IMG/VR virus record: IMGVR_UViG_3300031539_000003 | Direction: 5' to 3' (one strand) | Length of the DNA stretch: 64,000 bases | Source of the DNA: an uncultured virus (IMG/VR IMGVR_UViG_3300031539_000003) | Taxonomy: Duplodnaviria; Heunggongvirae; Uroviricota; Caudoviricetes | In this document: positions 39,067 to 49,715 of the stretch, one piece after another | Position numbering within the stretch: the stretch's first letter is position 1 | How the letters are laid out: every line of letters starts with the position of its first letter | Notes under the pieces: generated by a model | What the model was told of the DNA's origin: nothing | Databases searched by the model: none | What the model saw: the letters and a program-made list of their open reading frames with translations, nothing else | Translations under genes and position numbers: made by a program

Positions 39067-39492
39067 TTATATTACCAACAATTGACGGCCTTCATAAACT
39101 TCTCTGTCAGATGTTGGATTAATAATATCATTCGCTGTAGCCAAAAGAACCCACCCATCTGCATTTTCATATACTTTCAATGCTGCATTTCTAAGATCCT
39201 CACCCTTTTTCAAAGTATACAACTTAATAGAATAATTTTGATTACCAACTTCTGTTCTTTCCCTGGCTTCATCGAACAATGTTAGCTCTTTATCACCATA
39301 CTTCTTTTCTGTATTTCGAGCCATTTCTTTAGCTTCTTCCAACTGAGCACTTTCCTCAATATCTCCACCCTCAACCCCTAAATCTTCATCATCTACAACA
39401 GACATTATTGCTTCAAACTCATCTTGATTTATCTGCAATTTAGAAGGCTGTTTCTCAGGAGGTAACGAATATGGAACTTTTAAACTCATCAT
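39067..39492 (-). CDS. LysM-domain tail protein (P2 gpX-like)
   Basis: YTLKKGEDLRNAALKVYENADGWVLLATANDIINP...GRQLLVI. Confidence 0.8.
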   Translation of the reverse strand: MMSLKVPYSLPPEKQPSKLQINQDEFEAIMSVVDDEDLGVEGGDIEESAQLEEAKEMARNTEKKYGDKELTLFDEARERTEVGNQNYSIKLYTLKKGEDLRNAALKVYENADGWVLLATANDIINPTSDREVYEGRQLLVI

Positions 39493-39497
39493 ATCCC

Positions 39498-42400
39498 CTA
39501 AACAATTCTGGTTATTTTAGTAAATTTATAAAATTGAAGACCTTCTTCCAAAGTAAGAGATGCTTCTGCACGTCCTATAATTTCCTGATACTTAATATAT
39601 TTATCATGAGATAACTCTTTAGTCCGATTAATAGCATCAATATCACCATAAATAGCAAGAAGAAAAACTTCATAAGTTTTCTTATCAAAATCAATAGTTT
39701 CTAAACTAAAAATAGTCTTATTGAATAATCTAGGCTTCTGATTTCCTTGCAACTCTACAATTTCAGGATCAGTAATTAACTCAGATGCACTAATATCAAC
39801 AGTCCCAGTTCCGGTGTTAACTACTTGCCCACTAGTGAGTGCATTTACCAACTCCTGAACAATATTAAACTGATATTCTTCGGTAATAGTTCCCACAATT
39901 ATTCTTGCCCTATAACTTTTTGAACTATCATATGCAAACATAGTATCAGTATTTTTCAATATTGCTACAGCAATACCTTCTGAAACAGCAGTCCTATATT
40001 TAGTCTTTAAATTAGCAATATTAACACTATAAAAATTATATAAATCAATATTAACGTATTCACCAGTATACCTCATTGCCCCAGGCAACTCTTCAACTCT
40101 CCATGCAGATGTCGGAGGTAAATCTACAGGAACTGGCAATTCATTTGGTATAGTTATAGTATTTGTGCTATCTTGCTCTTTTGGATTACCATCTACACCA
40201 AGTTCCATTAATTTAGTTCTTTCGTCAAGCATTTTTTTAGACTCTATAAAATCTTCACTTTCAACATATGAATTATATACCTGTAACCACAATTTAGCGT
40301 TAGCCATATCCTCATTAGTAATCTGCGTTTCATCCGAAAGATCAACATTATCAATAAGTTTTCCTAATAACATAGATGTAATCTCTCTCTGTTGTTGCAT
40401 AGATGGATCAGAATAAAGAGAAATTAAATTGTTATATCTTCCTACCCAATCATCCTCACCAGCTTTTGGCACTAAAATATCTAGAGAAAATGGAACAGTT
40501 AACTGATCAAAATTAGACATATTATCATATAGGCCTGCATTAAAAGTACTACCCTGAAAAGAATAAACATTAACGGTTGTCACATAATCTTGCCCAAAAC
40601 CATCATGTTTTCTATAAATAAATTCTGCCGAAAGCTCATTTTTTGCATAGGTTACATACTGATTTCCACCTTCTGGATAGATATATATATACTTAATAAA
40701 ATCAAAAAATCTATTATTGGTATCAGTAACAGTCAACTTTGTTGGAGTTAAACCTTTTCTAACATAATAATCTTTAATTGTTACATATAAAGGATCATCA
40801 GCAGCAGGATATATAGTCAATCTTACTTCTTTTTCCGTTGGTGTCTCCAATCTATTATAACGGACATTGATATCAACAGTATCCCCAGGAGCAGATAAAA
40901 ATTCTACCTGACCAACCAACTGACTCAATATCGCACCATTTTCATTTTCGTGCACTCTATTAATAGAGCTAGTAACAAAATATTTACTACTGGGAACAAC
41001 TTTCCCATCTATCTTAACCTCAATTGGCTTACTTATATCAATAACCAATGGTGTATAATATTTCTTCGCATTTAATTGATTTTTCATCGGCTCACATTCA
41101 TCGGTAAATAGCTCACCAGGAATACTCTCCAAATAATGTAAATTAAATATTTCCTGTTCTTCATAAGCCGTAAAATCTACAGTCAAAAGGTCTCCCTGAG
41201 TAACTGCCTGATTAAACGTTATTTTAGTCCATATTTCTACTGTACTACCTACAACTCTTGCTTCTTCCAATACAACAGTATAATCACCTGTTACTTCCCT
41301 GTTGACCTTTACAATAATAGGATATAATTCACTATAAACTGAACGTGGAATCCAAAACTCAGTCAAACCAGAAGATGGGATAAAACCATTACTACCGGTA
41401 GGTTCACCTTCTGGAACAGGATAAATATTACGATAAGTACTATTACCATAAGGGTTATCAACAGCTTCTTGCCACAATAAATCAACCGTTACATTGCCGT
41501 AATGAAACTCAGAATTACCAAACTCCCCCAAATATACGGTCATTTGTGTACCAAGCCTACAGTCAACAGCAACTATTCTCCCTGCCGCTGGAGGACTACT
41601 AAAAGTTACCTTTGCCCAATTATCAGGATATGCAGGTCTGCTTACTATCGCATCAATAACATAATCTCCTGCAGAAATATCTTCTAAAACACCATTCCCA
41701 TCACTTACTTTTATCGTTACAGGATTAGATAAATTGACACCATTCTTTATCCAATAAACAGAAGTAATACCGTCTGTCAAAAAATCATCATTATATAGAC
41801 CTGTCCCAGTTGGTATATCAGGAGATAACACCAAGTTAGTAAATGTTTGACCAGTAATCTTAATTCTTGGCCTTGCCAACCATTTAAAAACTATCTCACT
41901 ACCATCTTTAGTAATAGTATAATCTGGATGAGCAAAAGAGTAAAAGAAAACTTCCTTATCAAATATTGCATTGACACTTACAAAATCACCGATAATCAGC
42001 GGGGATGTCAAGGTTATCTTTCCCCATCTGCCAGGTTTACCACCAGACCACGTAGTTGAAGGTATCACATCAAAACTAGTTATCTCGGTCATTGTCCCAC
42101 CGGTTGTTGGTCCTTCCCTTTTCCATACCGTAATTCCATTAGAAAGTACTGGATCATTTATTAATTCTGGAACATATAATTCAGTAACACCATTTGTTTC
42201 TATTACATTTAAACTACCACTACTTATCGGGTATGGGACTAAATCTTCAATAATTAAATCTTCATCTATTGCACTAGATATCCTATCAACATATAATAAT
42301 CCCTGACCATATAATACTCGATCCCCATTATAAAGTTGTATATCACTATCAGAAGGAACTACATAATCAACTCTTACTATACCCCATTTATGAGGGGCTG

Positions 42401-43754
42401 AGCTAAATGTCAATTTAGTCCAATTGCCTGCATATCCAGGCCTTAATGTAGAATCAATTACTGTATAATCACTATTTATAGACTGCGGTTTCCATATCGA
42501 CCCCTGTATACGATCTCCCCTATCAGCATCATCTTCACCCTGATTCTCTGGCAATATTTCATCTTCTGTTAACTGCTTATAAATCCTACCATAAAAAACT
42601 TCTAACTTTTCCCCTGGCTCACGTACTGGTAACCAATATTCAGTTTGAATACCATCTGTAAAACCATTATCCATAACCTTTGAAGGGACAATATTCCTCA
42701 ATTCTATTATCGGAACACCTGACATTGATGTAAACTCTGGATATTCTGGTACATCCAATGTAATAACTGGCTCTCTACTAGTTCCATATTTCAATATACT
42801 TAAAACTTCATCAACTTTTTCATCTGTTATATTCCCCCCTGATTGATCAAGAACTTTCGTTAACTCTTCTATCTGTTCTCTTAATGACAAAGAATCCATT
42901 ATATTCTTAAAAGAACTAAGTTGAGTATACATAAACGCTTTAGTCTGCTCTTCTGCTCCAGCGGCAGCAAGTGTATATCTAATTGACTCACCAATAATAT
43001 CATGAGCTAAATTTTTTTTATTTGTATCACTAACAATAATAAGCGTTATTTGGAAAGCGTATTGATTAAAAAACTCAGCGCTAGAAGTATACCCTGGAAT
43101 ATTAGCTGGATATACACGATACTTCCCAATATTTTTATCTATAAAAACAAGCCCTTCTTTTCCTTTGTATTTACATAAATTCCGAAGCATTTCAAATCTC
43201 GCAAGTCCTGCCTGCCCAAAAACTCTACCTGCGATCCTAATAAAACCACTACTTCTCCCCATGTCCTGTACATTATCATCATCTGAATCAGGAACTTGTT
43301 GTATAGGTATTGCTCTGGGCTGAGAACTATCTTCAATAAAAAGATTACCGATATCTCTAAAACTAAACGCTACTATTGAACTGGTCTGAGCATGTTTCCC
43401 AAATACACTTGTATATTCAGTACAATAAAGTAACGGGGGGAAATAAGGAGATGGTATTTCTGGTGAATCAGCTAACGAACCCTGGACCAACATATCTAAA
43501 GCAAATTTTGAAGAAATAGCAGAAACCTGACCTGTAGATGGAACACCAGTATTCTCAGCGCTCTTCGCAAAATCTCTAATTATTTGAGTCATTCTTTCTG
43601 CGCCGTATGCAACACCAGACACACCTCTTGTCAATGCTCCAACGTTAGCTTCCCTTTCACCAGCCCTACTTTGTCTACTCTGTAAAGATTTTGCAAAAGG
43701 ACTAGTTTGAGGATTCGCAGTAAATTCTTTTCCATCTCCAATTATATTCGCCAT
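39498..43754 (-). CDS. Tail tube initiator-like protein (Mu gpN/DNA-circulation-like N-terminal domain) with repeated Ig-like modules
   Basis: QVPDSDDDNVQDMGRSSGFIRIAG motif; about five repeats of G..T.(Y/F)W...W.K.TF...P..G..V.VD; follows the tape measure. Confidence 0.6.
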   Translation of the reverse strand: MANIIGDGKEFTANPQTSPFAKSLQSRQSRAGEREANVGALTRGVSGVAYGAERMTQIIRDFAKSAENTGVPSTGQVSAISSKFALDMLVQGSLADSPEIPSPYFPPLLYCTEYTSVFGKHAQTSSIVAFSFRDIGNLFIEDSSQPRAIPIQQVPDSDDDNVQDMGRSSGFIRIAGRVFGQAGLARFEMLRNLCKYKGKEGLVFIDKNIGKYRVYPANIPGYTSSAEFFNQYAFQITLIIVSDTNKKNLAHDIIGESIRYTLAAAGAEEQTKAFMYTQLSSFKNIMDSLSLREQIEELTKVLDQSGGNITDEKVDEVLSILKYGTSREPVITLDVPEYPEFTSMSGVPIIELRNIVPSKVMDNGFTDGIQTEYWLPVREPGEKLEVFYGRIYKQLTEDEILPENQGEDDADRGDRIQGSIWKPQSINSDYTVIDSTLRPGYAGNWTKLTFSSAPHKWGIVRVDYVVPSDSDIQLYNGDRVLYGQGLLYVDRISSAIDEDLIIEDLVPYPISSGSLNVIETNGVTELYVPELINDPVLSNGITVWKREGPTTGGTMTEITSFDVIPSTTWSGGKPGRWGKITLTSPLIIGDFVSVNAIFDKEVFFYSFAHPDYTITKDGSEIVFKWLARPRIKITGQTFTNLVLSPDIPTGTGLYNDDFLTDGITSVYWIKNGVNLSNPVTIKVSDGNGVLEDISAGDYVIDAIVSRPAYPDNWAKVTFSSPPAAGRIVAVDCRLGTQMTVYLGEFGNSEFHYGNVTVDLLWQEAVDNPYGNSTYRNIYPVPEGEPTGSNGFIPSSGLTEFWIPRSVYSELYPIIVKVNREVTGDYTVVLEEARVVGSTVEIWTKITFNQAVTQGDLLTVDFTAYEEQEIFNLHYLESIPGELFTDECEPMKNQLNAKKYYTPLVIDISKPIEVKIDGKVVPSSKYFVTSSINRVHENENGAILSQLVGQVEFLSAPGDTVDINVRYNRLETPTEKEVRLTIYPAADDPLYVTIKDYYVRKGLTPTKLTVTDTNNRFFDFIKYIYIYPEGGNQYVTYAKNELSAEFIYRKHDGFGQDYVTTVNVYSFQGSTFNAGLYDNMSNFDQLTVPFSLDILVPKAGEDDWVGRYNNLISLYSDPSMQQQREITSMLLGKLIDNVDLSDETQITNEDMANAKLWLQVYNSYVESEDFIESKKMLDERTKLMELGVDGNPKEQDSTNTITIPNELPVPVDLPPTSAWRVEELPGAMRYTGEYVNIDLYNFYSVNIANLKTKYRTAVSEGIAVAILKNTDTMFAYDSSKSYRARIIVGTITEEYQFNIVQELVNALTSGQVVNTGTGTVDISASELITDPEIVELQGNQKPRLFNKTIFSLETIDFDKKTYEVFLLAIYGDIDAINRTKELSHDKYIKYQEIIGRAEASLTLEEGLQFYKFTKITRIV

Positions 43755-43771
43755 TCTTACATATCTCCTAT

Positions 43772-46700
43772 TTACCCATTGATAGAAGCAGTATCGCCCA
43801 TATCCATTCCAACGCCTGCCTTCAGTACATCATTCATAATACGCTCAATCATTCTTCTATTAACTTCATCATCCTCAGCTGCTTTATATTCAACATTTGT
43901 ATTATTAGTAACATTAGGTCTATCAAGTTTATCCTTCAATCCATCTATTTTTTCATTTGTTTTCTTCTGCTCCTCAGTCTGTTGATCTACTCCCATTTTA
44001 GCAAAACTCTGTGCCTTTACATTTGCTGCAGCCTTTCGTGCCGCTTTTTCTTCAACCTTCTTCTTTTTCTCTTCCTGTTTATCAACCTCTCTCTGAGCTT
44101 TACTTTTACCAGTAACTGCTTCTCGGTTTTTATCATACAGCTTAGTCACTTGATTCCCTAACATTTTCTCAATATCCTTAATGGTGTCTGCATTTTTATC
44201 TTGATCAAAAAATCCCCTCGTTTTTTCACCAAAACCCTTTATTGCTTCCGTAGCCTCATCCAATTTTAAAAACTTTTCAAGGGGCTTAGGTAATATAAAT
44301 TTTAACCCTTGAAGTATCATTCGAAGAAGAAACTCAACCCCATATATTAACCCCTTCAATATCCATGTCCCCAACGTAGTTACCATACTTACAATCAAAC
44401 CTACCAATTTAATAACCATCTGAAGCAACGCCTCTCCAATATCAAGTAACCCCATTATCATCTTCTGCTTATTGCCACTAAAAAGACCATCTAAAAATTT
44501 AAATATTCCACTAATCATTTGTATCGCACTAGCAACAATTGACAATACTATATCTAACGCCCTATTTAATATTTTCCCCAAAAATGCTAATATCCAAGCC
44601 AAAATTGGAGCTAAAAATTTTGCCACAGACATCATCAATCCAAAAAGACTAGAAAACATCTCAACAAGTTGTTCCCAAATTTCAGCAACCTTTGTTACAA
44701 CAATCTTTATAAATTCCATTGCAACATCTCTAATCCCACTCATATTTTCCTTAAATGCTATAAATAAAGCAATTAAGACCGTAGCAATAGCAGCAATCGT
44801 CACAAAACTCTGACCTATCACAACTAATATCCCCTTTATGCTCATCCCTTGAGTTAGCATCGGCCCAAATATCTTACCTAGCCCAAGGTTCTTAAAAGTA
44901 GTACCAATCCTAGTTGCTGCTGCCCCCAATTTGTCCAATCTTTTAAATATAGCACCAATAATTTTAAAAGCAAAAACAAATCCTAAAATTTTTAACAATA
45001 ATATACCGAAATTTCTAGCTATTTCTAGTATTCTATCTATAGGTAGCTCTTTGATGCGTTCAGCAAAATTATCTATCCCCTTGGCAACCCTATCTATTAC
45101 TTCTGATAATGAAGTAGCTGCCCCTTTCCCTTTTTCTCTCATAATGCCAAATACTCTTTCAAGAATAACACCTATAATACCAAAAACAGCCCCGAATAAA
45201 CTAGATATTGCACTTAAAAGATTTTTAACTGAAGGCCATATTGTTTTTAAAAATTTTTTTACAGAAGTATATAATATCTCTAATACTGAAAATATTTTTG
45301 GTAGTGCTACTTCAACTATATAATTAAGAACACTTACGGTAATTTTACCAACCTCAAGAATAAAATTTTTAAATGCTACAGACATTGTTATCTGTTTAAT
45401 AACTCTCCACATTAATACAAACGGATTCTTGCTTACTGATGCATCAAGTATTCCATTATACTCCAACTGTTTTTTCCTAAGTAGCTCTTTTTCTTCTACC
45501 GATTTTTTAATTGCTGCCCTATAATCCTTTTCTTGTTGTTTATTCCTATTTTGTATAGCTCCCAATTTTTCGCGCTCAGCATTAGCTTGCTTAACGAATT
45601 TCACATGACCTGTTACTTCATTCCGTAAAACAGTTAATCTAGCTATCTCCATTTTCGTTAACTTACCATCGGTAGCTTTTTGCTCTGTTATATCAGATTG
45701 AATTTGAGATCTTTCTTCCATTTTATCATTAATGTCAGTTTGAAACTTTAATATTTTAGCATTCAGTTCCTCTGCTTCTGCCAACTTTGCTCCACTAAGG
45801 TCTTCTAGATGCCCTAATTTTTTACGTTCTTCAACAATCCCCTCCATTGTTTCTTTTGACTCCTTAATTAAAACATTAAGGTCAGAAAATCTACTCCTCT
45901 GCTGAGCCGTAGCTAATCCCCATGTCAAAGTATCATCTGCTGTTTTACCGGTATTAAGACCAATCTCCTTCATTAATTTATTAAACTCTGGAGCATCCCC
46001 AACACTTAAAGCTGTCCTCAGCGCTTCCTTCTGCTCCTCTGTAACTCCAGTCAATCCCTTCATTGCATCTTCCAACGCATCAACACTCTTGGTAATTGTT
46101 ACTAAATCTTCCTTCGTCTTAAAAAAGGTTACCTCACCACCTACAACGCCTAATCTTTCAGTTATTTCAACAACCCCTTGTATTTTTTCAATTAAACTAT
46201 CATAGAATTTACCAATACCTTTTATTTGTTCCTTAAAATCAATCCATACTTCAACCAGCGGATCCATTGCACTTTCAGCAGATTCCCCAAATTTCTTAAT
46301 TGAATCTCTTGCTCTTTTAAAATGAAGTCCTAATGCTACAGCAACAGCAATAACTGCTGCTATTGGAGCAACCAAAGTAAAAAATGTACCACTTAATGCT
46401 ATCAAAGCTGGCCCTAATGCCTGAATCCATATAAAAGCCCCACCAGCAGTAATACCTGCAGCACCCAAAATACCAACTACACTAGCAACTGTTTTACCAA
46501 TTGATGATAATCCCTTAAAAGTTTCTTTCATACTCTGAAAAATACCACCACCCTCAGTAAAAATCTTCAATGTTTTGTTCCATGCATCTTCAAGTTTATC
46601 TTGAGCAGTCACACCATTTCTAATTTCGTCATTACTGAGCGTCATGGCTTTTAAAAATTCAGTCATCGACTTAATAGAAGCATCTATTGCAGGAGAAAGT

Positions 46701-48544
46701 GCTTTAGCCAACCCATTAGCTGCACGCTCAATACCACTCCTAAATATTTTAATAGTACCATCTAATGTCTGCAACTGTATTCTCTGCATATTCATTGCTG
46801 TATTAGTCGTAGCCGTCTGAGACATAAGTCTTTTCATAGCAAAAGATTGTGACTCAGTAGAAAAAGTTAATTTTGTCATTTCATGTTGTACTGCCTCCAA
46901 CCCTGGCCCTAATTTTTCCCCAGCTTTTATTTGAATACCAAATGCTTGTGCAGCCATTGCTACAGACTTAGAATTGCCCTGAAAAACTTGATTCAAAACA
47001 GATAATTGATTTGCTGACTTACTCATACCATCTGTCCCTGCTTTCAATGCGCTAACATGTTTCTCCAATGCCCCCAAATTTAATAGCCTTCCTCTTCCTT
47101 CTTCAGTCAATTGTTCTATTGTTTTTTCCCCAGAAACAACCATAGCTTCTAACGCTATCTTCTCTTCCTCAAGTGCTCTTCTCCTTTGTATCCCTATATT
47201 TTTCTTAGCTAACTCATCTATAACTTTGCCTAATTTAACCATATCCACTGCATTATCTTTTGAATACTCATTAATCTTTATTAATCCATCTTTAGTTTTT
47301 TCAAAAGAATCTTCGCCAAAAACACTTATTAAAATCTTTTGAGTATCCCTAAAACTTTTTGCCAACCTGTTAATAGCACCTGCAGCACCTTCCCCTCCCT
47401 GCCTAAACTCTTCCATATACAAGTTTGCATCATCTAATTCACCAGCCATATCCTTAATCGCATCACCAAGTCCATTATAAATCTCTTCTGTAAAAGTACC
47501 TTCCCCACTGAGATTCTGCATTTCTTCAAAAACCTTCTGTACATCACCAATCATTCCGGTCATTCTTGTATTTTCTACCTGAATTTTATATTTCTCAGCA
47601 TTTCTTACAAGAGCGGCTAAACTAGTCGCTGCTCTCGCTCCAAATAATTTTGAAAATTGAGCAAGAAATTCCGGAGCACGCGATTTGCCAAGCTTATCCA
47701 GCGCTTCCTTAAATGACATTGTTGCCGCTACCATATTAAGAGTACCAGTTTCAGCATCAAATAACTTTTCCTTAGTAACTCCTAATGATTCAAAAAACTC
47801 TTTTGCACTTTTAGCCCCATCTTTCATAATTCCAAAAGTTTTAGCTAATTTAATACCAAAATTTTTCAAACCAGTACCAGCTACACTAGCATTTATACCA
47901 ACATCCCCTAACACACCTGCTGCAGCAGCAACTTCCTCTATCTCTACTCCAAGAGTAGCTAAAACACCAACAGCATTCTTTAATGTCTGGGCCAAACCCT
48001 CCAGTGTTGTATTCGTAGTTGTAAACGTAGCTGTTAATACATTTGAAACACGATTTGCTTGGGTTGACTCTAGAGTAAAACCTCTCATAGCATTTGCCAT
48101 AATAGTATTAGTTTTAGCTAAACCAACATTACCTGCTGTTGCCAATCTTAATGAATCAGGAATCATTTTTATAATTTCATTTGCCTTAAAACCAGCCAAT
48201 GCTAAATTAGACATACCGGCAGCAACATCTTTCGCCATAAACTCAGTTGTTCTACCTAATTCTTCTGCCGTATCACTCATTGCCTTAAACTCTTCAGTAG
48301 TAGCACCTGATAATGCTTTCGCTCTAACAATATGGAAATTAAAATCCTTAAAACCACCCACAGCATTAGTAGCAAAACCTGTCATCACCCTACTCAACGT
48401 AACAAACGCTGCACCCATAACAATAGCTGCACCAACTCCAGTTTGAGAAAACCTCTGCAAAATATTACCGGCTCTCGCAGTACCAGCGAGTAATCCCTGC
48501 GTATTCGCTCCAAAGTTTACAAATACCTGACCAGCTTGTGCCAT
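43772..48544 (-). CDS. Tail tape measure protein (TP901-like)
   Basis: ALSGATTEEFKAMSDTAEELGRTTEF...LALAGF...GINASVAGTGLK core; long helical/coiled-coil region; follows the chaperones. Confidence 0.95.
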   Translation of the reverse strand: MAQAGQVFVNFGANTQGLLAGTARAGNILQRFSQTGVGAAIVMGAAFVTLSRVMTGFATNAVGGFKDFNFHIVRAKALSGATTEEFKAMSDTAEELGRTTEFMAKDVAAGMSNLALAGFKANEIIKMIPDSLRLATAGNVGLAKTNTIMANAMRGFTLESTQANRVSNVLTATFTTTNTTLEGLAQTLKNAVGVLATLGVEIEEVAAAAGVLGDVGINASVAGTGLKNFGIKLAKTFGIMKDGAKSAKEFFESLGVTKEKLFDAETGTLNMVAATMSFKEALDKLGKSRAPEFLAQFSKLFGARAATSLAALVRNAEKYKIQVENTRMTGMIGDVQKVFEEMQNLSGEGTFTEEIYNGLGDAIKDMAGELDDANLYMEEFRQGGEGAAGAINRLAKSFRDTQKILISVFGEDSFEKTKDGLIKINEYSKDNAVDMVKLGKVIDELAKKNIGIQRRRALEEEKIALEAMVVSGEKTIEQLTEEGRGRLLNLGALEKHVSALKAGTDGMSKSANQLSVLNQVFQGNSKSVAMAAQAFGIQIKAGEKLGPGLEAVQHEMTKLTFSTESQSFAMKRLMSQTATTNTAMNMQRIQLQTLDGTIKIFRSGIERAANGLAKALSPAIDASIKSMTEFLKAMTLSNDEIRNGVTAQDKLEDAWNKTLKIFTEGGGIFQSMKETFKGLSSIGKTVASVVGILGAAGITAGGAFIWIQALGPALIALSGTFFTLVAPIAAVIAVAVALGLHFKRARDSIKKFGESAESAMDPLVEVWIDFKEQIKGIGKFYDSLIEKIQGVVEITERLGVVGGEVTFFKTKEDLVTITKSVDALEDAMKGLTGVTEEQKEALRTALSVGDAPEFNKLMKEIGLNTGKTADDTLTWGLATAQQRSRFSDLNVLIKESKETMEGIVEERKKLGHLEDLSGAKLAEAEELNAKILKFQTDINDKMEERSQIQSDITEQKATDGKLTKMEIARLTVLRNEVTGHVKFVKQANAEREKLGAIQNRNKQQEKDYRAAIKKSVEEKELLRKKQLEYNGILDASVSKNPFVLMWRVIKQITMSVAFKNFILEVGKITVSVLNYIVEVALPKIFSVLEILYTSVKKFLKTIWPSVKNLLSAISSLFGAVFGIIGVILERVFGIMREKGKGAATSLSEVIDRVAKGIDNFAERIKELPIDRILEIARNFGILLLKILGFVFAFKIIGAIFKRLDKLGAAATRIGTTFKNLGLGKIFGPMLTQGMSIKGILVVIGQSFVTIAAIATVLIALFIAFKENMSGIRDVAMEFIKIVVTKVAEIWEQLVEMFSSLFGLMMSVAKFLAPILAWILAFLGKILNRALDIVLSIVASAIQMISGIFKFLDGLFSGNKQKMIMGLLDIGEALLQMVIKLVGLIVSMVTTLGTWILKGLIYGVEFLLRMILQGLKFILPKPLEKFLKLDEATEAIKGFGEKTRGFFDQDKNADTIKDIEKMLGNQVTKLYDKNREAVTGKSKAQREVDKQEEKKKKVEEKAARKAAANVKAQSFAKMGVDQQTEEQKKTNEKIDGLKDKLDRPNVTNNTNVEYKAAEDDEVNRRMIERIMNDVLKAGVGMDMGDTASING

Positions 48545-48561
48545 TTAATCTCCTAAGATAT

Positions 48562-48597
48562 AAAAATGGGGAATACACTCTGAAGGCATACTCCCCT
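48562..48597 (-). terminator. Putative rho-independent terminator/attenuator between chaperone and tape measure
   Basis: Minus strand GGGGAGTATGC-CTTCAGA-GTGTATTCCCC-ATTTTTA: 11-bp stem with G-U pairs, then T-run. Confidence 0.6.
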
Positions 48598-49118
48598 TAT
48601 TTTATATATCCCCGCTTAGTGTAACTTCTTAATTTTTCATTAAGCGAGTTAATTTTACCGTCTCTTTTTTGGCTATTATCGTGTACTAATACGCTCCAAT
48701 TACTTAAATCTACAACGTCGCCTTGGGTTGCCTCAGACTTTTGTTTACCTGTCTGCATATCTTCATCTGTCTTTGAGACTTTACTTTTTGATAATCCTTG
48801 CAATTTCTCATTTAACTTATTTAATTCCTTCTTAAACTCAGGCTTACTTGTGTGTCTGTTTTTATTCGACAATTCTCCAGTAACCCTGCTTAACTCACTA
48901 TCAAGTTTGCTAACTGTAGCTTGCGTTGAGGCAGGCGAACTTCCTCCAAACAATGCTATAAGAAAATTAAAAAAAGATTCCTTTAACCATAACTGAGTCC
49001 CCATCATTAAACGATATTCATCAAGTGAAAGTTCTTTCATCTCACTTGGAGTTTTACGCCATAATAAACAGGTAAGCAGGGATTCCGCTAGAAAAGGGTC
49101 CCTGCTTATGAGTTTTTT
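48597..49118 (-). CDS. Tail assembly chaperone, frameshifted C-terminal part (gpT-like)
   Basis: The -1 frame is open from the slippery site: LISRDPFLAESLLTCLLWRKTPSEMKELSLDEYR..., continuing into ORF 48597..49040; WxxTPSE..EL..EY is typical of gpGT extensions. Confidence 0.8.
   Translation of the reverse strand, partial: KKLISRDPFLAESLLTCLLWRKTPSEMKELSLDEYRLMMGTQLWLKESFFNFLIALFGGSSPASTQATVSKLDSELSRVTGELSNKNRHTSKPEFKKELNKLNEKLQGLSKSKVSKTDEDMQTGKQKSEATQGDVVDLSNWSVLVHDNSQKRDGKINSLNEKLRSYTKRGYIK
49073..49118 (-). other. Programmed -1 ribosomal frameshift signal
   Basis: A AAA AAC heptamer (49118..49112) in X XXY YYZ phase, followed by a perfect 10-bp inverted repeat TAAGCAGGGA/TCCCTGCTTA (49099..49108 and 49073..49082). 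Confidence 0.85.
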
Positions 49119-49645
49119 ACTTCAGACCCTGCAGCGACATCAGAAACATTAGTCTCAAAGAAATCTATTTTATTAACTGATAAACAAATTTCAGCAAGCT
49201 CTTCATAACTCTTGTTATCCAAACCTTCAAGTTTCTGCTTTGTCATCACCGGTTTCCCATCAGGTCCCGTATAATGTTTTAGGCTTTTTTGAATAACACC
49301 TTTCTTTATCTCATCGAAAAGGTCAAGGGAAATGAAAAATCCCTTTGTAGAGCCATCTGCTTGAGCTTCAATCTTCTGCCCATTGATTGGTTTTAAAACA
49401 TCGTCCCTGTCACCCTTTGTCATCGGCATGACTGTTAATATCTTCTGTTTACTTTCCCACAGTTTCGGAACGGGTTTTAAATCTACATCAAAATCATCAA
49501 TACTTATGTACTGTTTACCAGCAAGAGCAGGAGGTAAATCTGTTTTCTCTACTTCTTTACCGGCATTAGGAACATTTTTTCCACTCTCTTCTTCAGGGAG
49601 AGGCGGTACAACGGGAGTTCTGCCTTTCTGTTCTTGTTCTGCCAT
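49106..49645 (-). CDS. Tail assembly chaperone (gpG-like)
   Basis: Between tube and tape measure; ends at the slippery site ...SEVKNS*. Confidence 0.85.
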   Translation of the reverse strand: MAEQEQKGRTPVVPPLPEEESGKNVPNAGKEVEKTDLPPALAGKQYISIDDFDVDLKPVPKLWESKQKILTVMPMTKGDRDDVLKPINGQKIEAQADGSTKGFFISLDLFDEIKKGVIQKSLKHYTGPDGKPVMTKQKLEGLDNKSYEELAEICLSVNKIDFFETNVSDVAAGSEVKNS

Positions 49646-49715
49646 TCGATACCCCTTTCATTTCAATCCACGCACCATTTAAAAAATGATGCGATAGGAT
49701 AAATATAATTTTACA

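Noticed and set aside
47685..48446. 253-aa plus-strand ORF
   Set aside because: Lies wholly antisense to the conserved tape measure core; no RBS or motif; typical shadow ORF.
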